Source: Vulcanimicrobiota bacterium
Lineage (GTDB): Bacteria > Vulcanimicrobiota > Xenobia > Xenobiales > JADMJV01
Direction: 5' to 3'
Assembly: GCA_050250895.1 (NCBI GenBank)
Contig: JBFWNU010000008.1
Span: forward strand, 160,001 to 224,000
Length of the DNA: 64,000 bases
The notes under the pieces are model-generated. The model saw only the letters and a program-made list of their open reading frames with translations. It ran no database searches and was not told the origin of the DNA. This document shows positions 1-9,651 of the stretch, one piece after another. A program made the position numbers and the translations under genes. Position 1 is the stretch's first letter. Every line of letters starts with the position of its first letter.

Positions 1-398
1 ACGAAGCCGCCGAACGCCTTGCCCACCTGGAAGGCCTGGCGCGGAGACTGCGGTTGGTCGACGGTGCGGGTACCTTCGAAAAAGGGCGACAGCCGCCAGA
101 ATCCCCCCTGGTCGCAGAGCGCGAAGGGATGGCCGTCGGGAGTGCGCAGCACTTCGGGGGCGCTATGACCCTTGGCGCACAGGTGGTCACAAACCCGCAC
201 CATATTGTCCATCAGCGAATGCGGATCGGGGAAGATGTTGGTGTTCAAACGCTGCAAGATGTAGCGCCTGGAGTCGATGGTGACCAGATAGGTCTGATTG
301 ATATGGCCGCTTCCGAAAGGCTCGCCACACTTGAGTTCTTCGGATGGGAAGAAGTGATTGCAGACCGAAAAGAGAGAACTGGTCAGTTCCAGAGACAT
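1..398 (-). CDS. Aminoglycoside phosphotransferase-family sugar kinase (N-acetylhexosamine 1-kinase-like), 3' end runs off the window
   Basis: Manual translation from ATG at 398 gives MSLELTSS...PFGSGHINQTYLV...YILQRLNTNIFP...GFWRLSPFFEG...AFQVGKAFGGF, open to the window edge. The start overlaps the end of the nucleotidyltransferase gene. Confidence 0.8.
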   Translation of the reverse strand, partial: MSLELTSSLFSVCNHFFPSEELKCGEPFGSGHINQTYLVTIDSRRYILQRLNTNIFPDPHSLMDNMVRVCDHLCAKGHSAPEVLRTPDGHPFALCDQGGFWRLSPFFEGTRTVDQPQSPRQAFQVGKAFGGF

Positions 399-1273
399 TG
401 GGGATAGACTCCATCGTTCACTAGATTCGAGATGCCGGCCGCCACCACCGGCTTGTCTTCGGGATAGGTCACCCCAAACCAGCGGTCGGGGCTGGTGCGG
501 ACATGGACGCTGGCTTGCTTTTCGCCGATGAGCCGGTCGACCACGCTGGGGATGTAGAATTCGGACTTTTCCTCCTGGCCTCGAGCGGCCAGAAACTCCT
601 GGAACTGGCGGTCGAGGTGCGCAAACAGGCCTGGATGAAAGCCCCACAGGTTCATGCTGACCGTCTCGTCGCCGCTGAGATGGACCGTCTCGTCGCCTTC
701 CGAGCGAGCGGCCTCGCCCTCGCGAAAGATCTTGGGATGCTCGACCACCGATTCGAGCAGGTCTTGCCGACAGCTGCACACGCCGCGCGAGACGTAGCCG
801 TGCTCGCTGAGGGTATTGCGCAAGACGAAGCCCACCATCGAATAGCGGTCGGGCTGGGCCGACTGCAACTCTTCTGCGATCATGCGAAAAGCGTTAGGAC
901 CGTAGAAATCATCGGCGTTGATGGCCGCGAAGGGGGTGGTGACCTCGTCTTTGGCCACTAGAATGGCGTGACCCGTTCCCCACGGCTTGGTCCGCCCTTG
1001 CGGCGGGCTGAAGGGGGAGGGGAGGGCGTCGAGTTCTTGATAGGCATAACCGATCTCGATCTTGCCCTCGAGACGGGAGGCGATCTGTTGCTTGAAGTCG
1101 TTCTCGATACTCTTGCGAATCACGAAGACTACCCGGCCAAAGCCGGCGCGCAAAGCGTCAAAGACCGAATACTCGAGGATGATCTCGCCGTTGGGGCCGA
1201 CCGGTTCGACCTGCTTGAGGCCACCGTAGCGGCTGCCGATGCCGGCCGCCAGCACAAGAAGCGTTGGTTGCAT
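383..1273 (-). CDS. Sugar-phosphate nucleotidyltransferase (NTP_transferase family)
   Basis: LLVLAAGIGSRYGGLKQ, RTKPWGTGHA and INADDFYG motifs. Start set at MQPTLL. Confidence 0.9.
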   Translation of the reverse strand: MQPTLLVLAAGIGSRYGGLKQVEPVGPNGEIILEYSVFDALRAGFGRVVFVIRKSIENDFKQQIASRLEGKIEIGYAYQELDALPSPFSPPQGRTKPWGTGHAILVAKDEVTTPFAAINADDFYGPNAFRMIAEELQSAQPDRYSMVGFVLRNTLSEHGYVSRGVCSCRQDLLESVVEHPKIFREGEAARSEGDETVHLSGDETVSMNLWGFHPGLFAHLDRQFQEFLAARGQEEKSEFYIPSVVDRLIGEKQASVHVRTSPDRWFGVTYPEDKPVVAAGISNLVNDGVYPQCLWN

Positions 1274-1289
1274 GGCGGTGGCTTCTGGC

Positions 1290-2198
1290 TTAGCCGCCCT
1301 CTGCCCTCCGCCCAAAGAACTCTAACTCTTCCACGGTGCGGGGCCAGTCCTTTTTGAGCAGTCTCGAGAGCGAGCGGTCGGCCAACAGGCGGCCCTCGGT
1401 TTGGCATTGCGGACAGTAGTTGGTCTCGTTGTCGGCGTAGCGGATGCGGGCCACCGAAGTGCCGCAAACCGGGCACGGCTCTTGATAGCGGCCGTGCACC
1501 ATCATTTCGGGCCGGAAGGCAGTCACTTTCTCGGGAAAACCGTCGCCCACTTCCTGACGAAATCGCTCGACCCACTCGAGCAGCACCGTCCGGGTCGAGT
1601 GGTAGAGGCGCTCGATCTCGTCCGGGGCGAGTTTCTGGCTGAGCTTGAGCGGTGACAGGCGGGCGTGGTGCAAGATCTCATCGGAGTAGGCGTTACCGAT
1701 GCCCGAGAAGAGCCGCGGATCGGTTAGCGCCCGGCGCAGAGTGTGGTTATGGGCGGTCAACTGTTGGCTGAAGTCCGCCAGACTGGCTTCGAGCACCTCG
1801 AGGCCTCCCGGGTCGTGCCCGGCCAGGGCCGCGTCGCCTCGCACCAGATGCAGGCGAGCGCGGCGTTTCTTGGCCGCCTCGGTGAGCAGCAACCGGCCGG
1901 TATCAAAGTCGAAGGCTACCAGGCCGTTGCGTCCCAGTTTGGCCTGGCTGCCCCGCCAGCGCAGACGACCGGCGATCATCAGGTGGATGATGACGAAGAT
2001 GTCGTTGTCGAGCCCCAGGACGATGCGCTTGCCCAGGCGGCGGACCGACGTCACCCGGTGGCCCACGGCCTCAGCCACCGGTGGGTCGACCGAGCGCAGG
2101 ATGAAGGGATCCACCAGTTGGATGGCTTCCAGGCTATGGCCCATGACTCTGGGCTCGAGGCAGGCCACGTAAGTCACGATATCGGGCAATTCAGGCAT
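1290..2198 (-). CDS. Fpg/Nei-family DNA glycosylase
   Basis: N-terminal MPELPD, H2TH motif SGIGNAYSDEIL, C-terminal zinc finger CPVC...CPQCQ. Confidence 0.92.
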   Translation of the reverse strand: MPELPDIVTYVACLEPRVMGHSLEAIQLVDPFILRSVDPPVAEAVGHRVTSVRRLGKRIVLGLDNDIFVIIHLMIAGRLRWRGSQAKLGRNGLVAFDFDTGRLLLTEAAKKRRARLHLVRGDAALAGHDPGGLEVLEASLADFSQQLTAHNHTLRRALTDPRLFSGIGNAYSDEILHHARLSPLKLSQKLAPDEIERLYHSTRTVLLEWVERFRQEVGDGFPEKVTAFRPEMMVHGRYQEPCPVCGTSVARIRYADNETNYCPQCQTEGRLLADRSLSRLLKKDWPRTVEELEFFGRRAEGG

Positions 2199-2498
2199 AC
2201 TCGACGCTTCGGCGAGGAGGCTCGCGACCTTCTTAGCGGCGTCGGGTTTTTGCGGACGGTTTACGCGGCTGCTGCCCCTGCCGGGTGGTCAGCAATCCCA
2301 CCGGCAGGACCTCGGGGGCGGGCGTGGGCGTGGTGGGCAGCTTTTTCTTGGGTTTGGGAGCGATGGTGGGACGCTCGGACGAGCACGCGACTCCGTCGGC
2401 CAGGACCTGGTATTGCATCGTTCTCGTAATCATCCAGGCTCAGGATAACAGCTGTCACTTATTCTGTCAACAGTTTTCGTGTCAGACTGTCAAAGAAG

Positions 2499-3077
2499 GG
2501 GAGACGGCGCTGACGCGCGGAGATTTCGGCCTGACGGCCGACGGGGAGCGCCGACTTCGTCGGCGGGAGGGAGCCGGCGCTGGCGCGCGGAGATTTCGGC
2601 CTGCGGCCGACAGGGAGCGCCGACTTCGTCGGCGGGTGAGGAGCCGGCGCTGACGCGCGGAGATTTCGGCCTGCGGCCGACAGGGAGAGCGGCTGACGCC
2701 GCTGGAAGGAGCCGGCGCTGCGCGCGGAGATTTCGGCCTGCGGCCGACAGGGAGCGCCGACTTCGTCGGCGGGTGACCTTTTCCCGAACTGAGCGACAGC
2801 TCAGTTCGCTCCTTCCCGGCCCGAAGGGCCGCTCCTTATCCCTCGAGCGAAGCAAGAGCTCCTTCTCCCGAACTGAGCGACAGCTCAGTTCGCTCCTCTC
2901 CCGGCCCGAAGGGCCGCTCCTTATCCCTCGAGCGAAGCAAGAGCTCCTTCTCCCGACTGAGCGACAGCTCAGTCGCTCCTCTCCCGGCCCGAAGGGCCGC
3001 TCCTTATCCCTCGAGCGAAGCAAGAGCTCCTTCTCCCGAACTGAGCGACAGCTCAGTTCGCTCCTCTCCCGCGAGGG
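2499..3077. repeat. Bipartite hairpin array 1: four ~70-bp units with GGAG linkers, then ~3.3 units of 83-85 bp with CTCC linkers
   Basis: Left units start near 2500/2570/2640/2708 with hairpins TCGGCC-tgc-GGCCGA and CGCCGAC-ttc-GTCGGCG. Right units start at 2785/2869/2954/3037 with CGAACTGAGC-gaca-GCTCAGTTCG and CGGCCC-gaa-GGGCCG. Confidence 0.95.
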
Positions 3078-4982
3078 CTAGACGGCTTGTTCAAAGGTGA
3101 TCGAGGCGGCTGACTGGTGGAACTCTTCCTGGCGTCGTTCGAGTTCGCTAGCCAGTTTCTCGAGCAGAGCCCGTTTCTGGTCGAGCTGGTTCTCTTGTTG
3201 TTCGAGGGTGACTACGTAGCGGGTGCGCAGACGACCCTCGTCGTGGGAAGGGCCCAGGCTCGACAGATTGGCCCGCAGGCGTTCCTGGTCGGCGGTGATG
3301 GTCTCGATCTCTTGACGGGTACGTTCTTGCTTTTGGTTGAGCTTGGTCAAGCTCTGGGCCAGTTGCATCAACTCTCGCAAGACCGGTTGCTGATCAGGCT
3401 CGATGTAGCCCCGCTCGATATAGACCTCGAGTTTGTCCGAGGTAAGATGGGCCAGTCTGACCACCTGGGATTGGGGGATGCGCTCGCTGATGGTGAACTC
3501 GGTGGTCGCGTTCGGTTGGAGCTTGACTTCGAAGCGGTAGCGGTCGACCGCCTTCGTGATAGGGGAGGGGGTTTTGTAGAGTTCGGCTCCCGAGCGGATG
3601 GGATGTTCCAGGATGCAGGTCTTGGCCCGGCCGTCCTTATTGAGGAAGCGGTGCAATCGGTGCTCCAAGAAGGCATAGTGCAGATGCAGTACCCCCTCCG
3701 AGGCCACCACCAGGTGGACATCCTCTTGCTTGTGCTGGGTCTCGCAGTCGACTTCGCAACCGAGGTCGACGGCATAGGGAATCAGGCGCACCTCGTCGGG
3801 GTGCAAAAGTGTGAGCATGGCCTCCCCGGCGTAGGTATCACCGTCATAGACCACGCACGGTCCGCCCTCGAGGGTGAGCCCGGTCGTGTTGGTGAATTCC
3901 AGGGCGGCAAAGGGATTGCGGGCCCTCTCCAGACGGTTGTAGAGGGTCACCCGACGCCCCTGGCCCGACTGGCTGACGATGGGGACCAGGGCGGATTGGT
4001 TGCGACGCACCGTGACCGGGTGCTCGAGCTTGTATTCGAAGAGTTCGCCCAGGCTCTGGGTCTGCACTTCCGGCGTGGGAGCCCCGCCGCCGCCTCGCTG
4101 TTCTCGCATCATCATTCCATCGAGCATGGCAGCCGAAGGCTTGCAAGCGATTCGAACGGCCTTATCCCGCGGGCTGGCTTCGTCTTCTTCTATCTCGACG
4201 GTCTCTCGCTGAACGTAGCGTGGTGAGTAGAGATCGTGCACGAACGACACGGGCAGACCGGCCACCAGCGACAGCTCGACATCTTCCCAGTCTTCATCGT
4301 GGGTGTTGTCGATCAGCGCCCAGCCTTGCAAAAAGGGTTGATCGCTCTCCTCCTCGGGCAGCGCCACTCGATAAGAGGTTTTCCAAACCGGGCATTCTAC
4401 CACATAGCTCAGCTGGATCTTGCGTTGGCCCTTGCCCCGAGCGTGGACCGACAGGGTCTTGGCGTCGCGCTTGGTGGCGGCCACCAGGGTTTCGAAGTAG
4501 AATTCGAGGTCTTTGCGGATATGGGGGTCGAGAAATTGTAGCTCACTGCACTCGGCCAGGTCGACGGTGTGCAGACGCCCCTCCTGATCGAGCAGGCTCA
4601 ACAGCTGGGCCTCGGTGACGCCGTCAGCCGAGCGGGTGGGCTGGGTCTGCACCCCTACCACCCGGCCGGCCAGTTGGCGCGTGCCCGCCTTCAGCTCGAG
4701 GCGGGCCCCGCGGATCTGGCCCAGCAAAGCTGCCCCGCCGCCCTTGGCGGGAATGTCGATAGCCACTTCTTGCAGCAGCTTTTCGACCGGCTTCTGAGCG
4801 TCATACGAGACCGAGTGGATGGTGCCACCGTCAAGGTCATAGAGGGTCAGCGACTTGAGCACGTCGTTCATCTCGAACGAGCGAAAGGTCAGCTTGAGTT
4901 CGTGATCCCCCTTCACCGGCTCGATTCTCTCGAAGTAGCCCACTCCGTGTTTGTACAGCACGACTCGCTTGATTCCGGCCAT
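3078..4982 (-). CDS. DUF4139 domain-containing protein
   Basis: RVVLYKHGVGYFER, MNDVLKSL, PVWKTSYR and LQGWALIDN...EDW motifs, C-terminal coiled coil, AGGAGG RBS upstream. Confidence 0.8.
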   Translation of the reverse strand: MAGIKRVVLYKHGVGYFERIEPVKGDHELKLTFRSFEMNDVLKSLTLYDLDGGTIHSVSYDAQKPVEKLLQEVAIDIPAKGGGAALLGQIRGARLELKAGTRQLAGRVVGVQTQPTRSADGVTEAQLLSLLDQEGRLHTVDLAECSELQFLDPHIRKDLEFYFETLVAATKRDAKTLSVHARGKGQRKIQLSYVVECPVWKTSYRVALPEEESDQPFLQGWALIDNTHDEDWEDVELSLVAGLPVSFVHDLYSPRYVQRETVEIEEDEASPRDKAVRIACKPSAAMLDGMMMREQRGGGGAPTPEVQTQSLGELFEYKLEHPVTVRRNQSALVPIVSQSGQGRRVTLYNRLERARNPFAALEFTNTTGLTLEGGPCVVYDGDTYAGEAMLTLLHPDEVRLIPYAVDLGCEVDCETQHKQEDVHLVVASEGVLHLHYAFLEHRLHRFLNKDGRAKTCILEHPIRSGAELYKTPSPITKAVDRYRFEVKLQPNATTEFTISERIPQSQVVRLAHLTSDKLEVYIERGYIEPDQQPVLRELMQLAQSLTKLNQKQERTRQEIETITADQERLRANLSSLGPSHDEGRLRTRYVVTLEQQENQLDQKRALLEKLASELERRQEEFHQSAASITFEQAV

Positions 4983-6432
4983 CGGTCCCTCCTGATGCGG
5001 CCTCCCTTCTGGTTTTGGCCAGCTTGCCCTGCCGGGAGCGCGCCCGGGAAAGGTTCCACGACTGCCAGGCGTCGGTGGGCCGGCGGTCGAGGATGCGTCC
5101 CGCGATCAAGCCGGCGGCCTGGCGGACCTCGGGATCAGGGTCGGCGGTGGCCTTTTCGAGGAGCGGGATGGCGTCGGTGGAAAGCCGTCCTAGATATTCG
5201 ATGTCGATGGTTTTTTGGCCGTGACGCAAGCGATCGAGGTGAGTCGAGACCACCAGCGAGTCGACGCGCACCGAGCCCACCAGGGCCAGCACTGCCATGG
5301 CCGCGACGACCTGACGCGCTACGACCCAGGCAAAGGGCTTGCGGCTCAGACTGGCGACCAGGATGACAGCCAGCAGGAGGCACATCGTGACGACCCCAGC
5401 CGCGGCATAGAATCGCAGGACGCTCAATCCGAACTCCTGGATGTACAGCTGCAGCCGGAAGATGGCCGACCCGGCCAGGCCGAAGGTCTGGGCCACCAGC
5501 AAGGCTACCAGGGCCAGCGGCCAGCCGGGTCTGGGGCCACGATAGGACCAGCGGTACGCCAGTCCGGCCACCACGAAGACCAGAATGGTGCAGGTGGCTA
5601 GCTCGAAGAAGCCGTGGCGGGCATAGTCGGCGTAGTTGAGATTCCAGGCGGCCAGGTGCTCGACCCCGCCGAAGAGATAGTGGGCCTGAACCGCCAGAAA
5701 GGCACCGAACAAGAGGTTAAGGCTGGCCAGGGCGGTCGAGACTTCGACTTCGTCGCGGGCGTTGTCGGGTTCTAGCGGCGCCTCGACCGGTTCAAGGCGG
5801 AAAGCCAGCAGGCGAAATAGGCCCATGCAGGCCAGCGTGAACAGGACGATTCGAACAACAGTGGTCCAGCTTTGGCCAAAGCCCAGTTGGAGTAGTTGGG
5901 TGAGGCGGCTCCCAAAGATGGGGTCGGCCGAGGCCAGCAGCCAGGTGAAGATGGCCAGAAGAGGGGCGGCCATCAGCAGACCGCGCCCCACCTTGCCCAT
6001 GGCCTGGCCGCCGTCGGGTCCGGGTTTGGGCAGGTCCTGGGCGGCCAACACAGTGTCGACCACCCAGCGTCCGGGGATGAGGTCATAGGGGTTGGGCATC
6101 AGGCGGGCCAGTCCTTCGAACGGGCTGTGGCCGGCCAATCGCCAGTGAGCCGCCATGACCATTCCGATTCCGGCCAGCACCGGTCCCCAGTGGCGCACGA
6201 CCTCGGAATCGAGACTCAGGATGCTCAGGCTAAACGAGAGGGGAGCAAGCCAGAGCCCGGCCGTCCACAAAGGTGCCTTTCTTTCGAGTCGGACCCGGAA
6301 GGTCTCGACCGCCGCCAGAAAGGCCAGGCAGAATACCAGCCACCCCAAGCCGGGCACCTGTCCGACCAGGGAGATTTCCACCACAGCGGCCACCAGAAGG
6401 GCTAGCCAAAAGGCAAACGGGGGAAGTTTCAT
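4837..6432 (-). CDS. DUF4153/DUF4173 polytopic membrane protein
   Basis: LLASADPIF, YADYARHGFFEL, RLQLYIQEFGLSVLR, IDIEYLGRLSTDAIP and WQSWNLSR motifs. GGAGG RBS before ATG 6432. Confidence 0.85.
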   Translation of the reverse strand: MKLPPFAFWLALLVAAVVEISLVGQVPGLGWLVFCLAFLAAVETFRVRLERKAPLWTAGLWLAPLSFSLSILSLDSEVVRHWGPVLAGIGMVMAAHWRLAGHSPFEGLARLMPNPYDLIPGRWVVDTVLAAQDLPKPGPDGGQAMGKVGRGLLMAAPLLAIFTWLLASADPIFGSRLTQLLQLGFGQSWTTVVRIVLFTLACMGLFRLLAFRLEPVEAPLEPDNARDEVEVSTALASLNLLFGAFLAVQAHYLFGGVEHLAAWNLNYADYARHGFFELATCTILVFVVAGLAYRWSYRGPRPGWPLALVALLVAQTFGLAGSAIFRLQLYIQEFGLSVLRFYAAAGVVTMCLLLAVILVASLSRKPFAWVVARQVVAAMAVLALVGSVRVDSLVVSTHLDRLRHGQKTIDIEYLGRLSTDAIPLLEKATADPDPEVRQAAGLIAGRILDRRPTDAWQSWNLSRARSRQGKLAKTRREAASGGTDGRNQASRAVQTRSGLLRENRAGEGGSRTQADLSLVRDERRAQVADPL

Positions 6433-6473
6433 AGAGCCTCCTTTGACTTGTCGAGATGATTGTATCAAAAAAT

Positions 6474-6490
6474 ACTTTGCAATGCAAAGT
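6474..6490. promoter_or_regulatory. Palindromic operator-like site ACTTTGCA-A-TGCAAAGT
   Basis: Perfect 8-bp inverted repeat in the AT-rich divergent region between the DUF4153 gene and aceK. Confidence 0.65.
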
Positions 6491-6526
6491 GTTAGGAGTA
6501 GGAATCTTGATGGCGAATCCGGCCGA

Positions 6527-8215
6527 ATGAAAAGAATGGTCGCCCGCGCCGCCCGTCAGATCGAGTCGGCTTTCGGTCTCTATGAGCATCAGTTTCACCG
6601 CATTACCCTGCGAGCCCAGGAGCGATTCGAGCAACGCGATTGGACCGGCGCGCAGCAGGACGGTCTCGAGCGCCTGGACGTTTATTCGAGCGTGGTAGAC
6701 AGGCTGGTCGAGAGCTTGCGAGAACTGATGGGCGACCATCTCACCTCGAAGAATTCTTGGCGTCAGATCAAGGATGCCTACCGGCTCCAGTTGGAGGAAA
6801 GAGCCAACCGCGAGTTGGCCGAAACCTTCTACAACTCGGCCACCCGTCGCATCTTCTCTACGGTCGGAGTGGATCCGCGCATCGAGTTCGTGAGGGGAAA
6901 GGGCCCGCTACCCAAGGACTTCCGCTCGGTTACTCGTCGCTATCCTCAGACCGAGACGCTCGAACGGCGGATGCGTCGCATCGTGGCCGATGCCTCCATC
7001 AGCTTGAACTGGCGGGGCCGGACGCAGCAGGCCGATCAGTTGGCTGAGCGTATTCGAACTCGCCTGGGCAATACACCGGTCGACATTGAAATGTTGGCCA
7101 TGACCTTCTATCGCAACAAAGGGGCCTATCTCGTCGGCCGACTGCAGGGCGCCGGAATCACGCTCCCCCTGGTGTTGGCGCTGGTCAATCCTGACGGTGA
7201 GATGACGGTGGACGCTCTGATTCTCGAGGAGGACGAACTGTCCAAGCTGCTCAGCTTCGCTCGCTCCTATTTTCGCGTAGCCACCACCAATGTGGGTCCG
7301 GTGGTGGGTTTCCTCAAGTCGCTGTTGCCCAAGAAGCCGGTAGCCGAGCTCTACATCTCGCTCGGCTATGACAAACAGGGTAAAACCGAGCTCTTTCGCG
7401 ATTTCGTTCGCCACCTCAGTCGGTCCGATGACCGCTTCGTGGTCGCCCGGGGCGAGCGCGGCATGGTGATGGCGGTCTTCACCTTGCCCTCGTATGATGT
7501 GGTCTTCAAGGTGATCAAAGACCGTTTTGCCTACCCCAAGCGAACCACACGCCGAGAAGTGATGCAAAAATACCGGCTCGTCTTCAAGCACGATCGGGTG
7601 GGTCGGCTGGTGGATGCCCAGGAGTTCGAGCACCTCACCTTCTCGCGGGACCGCTTCGAGCCGGCGCTCCTTGAAGAGTTACTGCGGGCAGCCGCCCAGA
7701 CGATCGAAGTCAAAGGCGAACTGGTGACGCTGCATCATGCCTATACCGAGCGGCGCCTGACCCCACTCGACATCTACCTACGCGAGACCCCCACCCCGAT
7801 CGCCAAAGAAGCGGTACTCGACTATGGCAACTGCGTGCGCGAACTGGCCCTGGCGGGCATCTTTCCCGGCGATATGTTCTTGAAGAACTTTGGGGTCACG
7901 CGCCACGGCCGCGTGGTCTTCTACGATTATGACGAGCTGTGTTTTGTGGACGAGTGTCGCTTTCGCGAGTTGCCAGATGATGATGACGACCTTTATGCCG
8001 GGCCGACCTTCTACGTCGGGCCCAACGATGTCTTTCCCGGAGAGTTTCCGCGTTTTCTCGGGCTCTCGGGCGAACTCCGCCAGACCTTCCACGAGGCGCA
8101 TGGCGACCTCTTCACGGTGGGCTTCTGGCAGCGCTGCCAGCAAGGTCGAACGCCCACGGACCTCTACCCCTATTCAGCCGATTGCCGCCTGCCGGACCCT
8201 TCACTGACGGCCTGA
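6527..8215 (+). CDS. aceK: Isocitrate dehydrogenase kinase/phosphatase
   Basis: ELAETFYNS, FYRNKGAYLVGR, GMVMAVFTLP..VVFKVIKDRF, HDRVGRLVDAQEF and IFPGDMFLKNFGVTRHGRVVFYDYDEL motifs. Confidence 0.95.
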   Translation: MKRMVARAARQIESAFGLYEHQFHRITLRAQERFEQRDWTGAQQDGLERLDVYSSVVDRLVESLRELMGDHLTSKNSWRQIKDAYRLQLEERANRELAETFYNSATRRIFSTVGVDPRIEFVRGKGPLPKDFRSVTRRYPQTETLERRMRRIVADASISLNWRGRTQQADQLAERIRTRLGNTPVDIEMLAMTFYRNKGAYLVGRLQGAGITLPLVLALVNPDGEMTVDALILEEDELSKLLSFARSYFRVATTNVGPVVGFLKSLLPKKPVAELYISLGYDKQGKTELFRDFVRHLSRSDDRFVVARGERGMVMAVFTLPSYDVVFKVIKDRFAYPKRTTRREVMQKYRLVFKHDRVGRLVDAQEFEHLTFSRDRFEPALLEELLRAAAQTIEVKGELVTLHHAYTERRLTPLDIYLRETPTPIAKEAVLDYGNCVRELALAGIFPGDMFLKNFGVTRHGRVVFYDYDELCFVDECRFRELPDDDDDLYAGPTFYVGPNDVFPGEFPRFLGLSGELRQTFHEAHGDLFTVGFWQRCQQGRTPTDLYPYSADCRLPDPSLTA

Positions 8216-8246
8216 GCTGCCGATACCAACGTCGAGGTGAAGAGTA

Positions 8247-9647
8247 GTGAGATTTGCAATCTGGGGAGACCCTCGGCTCGGGGCTGCCCTCGAGCGTCAT
8301 GGCCCAATTTATCTCGACAGCCTGGACCAGGTCCCGTTGGACAAGACCGAAGTGCTACTCGTGTTGCCTCCCAATCGTCTGATTCGGCGGCCCGAGGGGC
8401 CTCGGCACGTGGTTAGCCTGGGGCGCCGGCCGTCGCCTGTCGGGGGGGTAGTGAGCCTGGTGACCGAGCGGCCGGGGCCTGAACTGGACGCGTTGCTGAC
8501 CGCTTTGCTCGGTTCGGAAACAGACCAGGCCCAGGACCTGCTCGCTCGCGTGGGCCACGAGATTCGTTCTCCGATGGCGATCATCGCCATGGCCTGTCAG
8601 TTAGCCCGCAGCCCCGATCTAGATAGCGAACAGCGCATCGCGCACCTGGGCTATATCGAAGAGGCTTCCAACGTGATCCAGACCTTGATCAACGACATCC
8701 TGGACTTTTCGAAGCTCGACCAGAATCGGGTCACACTGACCGAGGTCCCCTTTGACCTGCACAGCCTGGTCGAGAGCGTGGCTTATAGCCATGCTCTGCT
8801 GGTGACCAACAAGAATCTAGAGGTCTCTCATCGGATCGATCCGCAGGTCCCTCGCCAGGTCCTGGGAGACCCCGGACGTCTTCGTCAGATTCTGACCAAT
8901 CTGACCGGCAATGCCGTCAAGTTCACTTCGCAGGGCGAGGTTCGCATCGAGGTTGGGCGTCAGGGCGAATGCCTGCGCTTTTCGGTGCGTGACACCGGGA
9001 TCGGGATCGAGCCTGAGGCCCAGGAGAAGATCTTTGCTCCCTATGTTCAGGCCAACAAGTCGATCCTGGCGGAGTTCGGCGGGACCGGTCTGGGCCTGAG
9101 CATCACCCGCATGCTGGTCGAGAAGATGGGGGGCCGGGTCGGGGTAACGAGCGAGCCGGGCCGGGGCAGCACCTTCTCCTTCGCTATCCAGTTGGCCGGG
9201 GTCGAAGAGACGGTGCTGGTCGCTTCTCGGCGTTCTCTGGCCGAGACCAGGCTGTTGCTGGTGGGTCGAAGCTTTCCGGCCCAGTGGCTGGCGGCGCTCG
9301 AAGGATGGGGAGTCCACTATCGGCAGGTCTGGCGGAAAGAGCAGATTCGTCGCCATCTGAGCGAGGGCTGGGAGGTGGTGATGTTCGACCTCGAGATGGG
9401 AGGCTTTCCCTTCCTCGAAGGTTTGGTCAAGACTTGCCAGCCGGAGAGGCTCGTCGTGACCACCGCCGCCGGTCAACGTGGAGATGCCGGTCGCTGTGAA
9501 CAGATGGGGGGCAAGGCCTATCTTACCAGGCCTTTGAGCGAGCGCGAACTGCAGACGGCTCTGCAGCTGGTTCTGGATGCTCGCCTGCCGGGCTTGATCA
9601 CGCGCCACACCCTGCGCGAACTGGCCCAACCCAGTCTGGCAAACTAG
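8247..9647 (+). CDS. Hybrid histidine kinase (HisKA, HATPase_c, degenerate receiver), no transmembrane segment
   Basis: H-box HEIRSPM, N-box NLTGNAVKFT, DTGIGI and GGTGLGL. Receiver-like C-terminus VVMFDLEM...AYLTRP. Confidence 0.9.
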   Translation: MRFAIWGDPRLGAALERHGPIYLDSLDQVPLDKTEVLLVLPPNRLIRRPEGPRHVVSLGRRPSPVGGVVSLVTERPGPELDALLTALLGSETDQAQDLLARVGHEIRSPMAIIAMACQLARSPDLDSEQRIAHLGYIEEASNVIQTLINDILDFSKLDQNRVTLTEVPFDLHSLVESVAYSHALLVTNKNLEVSHRIDPQVPRQVLGDPGRLRQILTNLTGNAVKFTSQGEVRIEVGRQGECLRFSVRDTGIGIEPEAQEKIFAPYVQANKSILAEFGGTGLGLSITRMLVEKMGGRVGVTSEPGRGSTFSFAIQLAGVEETVLVASRRSLAETRLLLVGRSFPAQWLAALEGWGVHYRQVWRKEQIRRHLSEGWEVVMFDLEMGGFPFLEGLVKTCQPERLVVTTAAGQRGDAGRCEQMGGKAYLTRPLSERELQTALQLVLDARLPGLITRHTLRELAQPSLAN

Positions 9648-9651
9648 AAAT

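Noticed and set aside
2233-2458. Two short minus-strand ORFs (65-66 aa) upstream of fpg
   Set aside because: I could not decide which frame, if either, is coding. Neither has a recognisable motif or RBS.
2499-3077. CRISPR array interpretation of the repeat arrays (also 13696-15005)
   Set aside because: The constant part is only ~9 nt, the intervening units are palindromic and recur rather than being unique spacers, and no cas genes are in the window.
2285-3081. Arg/Ser-rich ORFs across the arrays (also 13390-15084)
   Set aside because: They are translations of GC-rich repeats in several frames with no RBS or protein-like composition.
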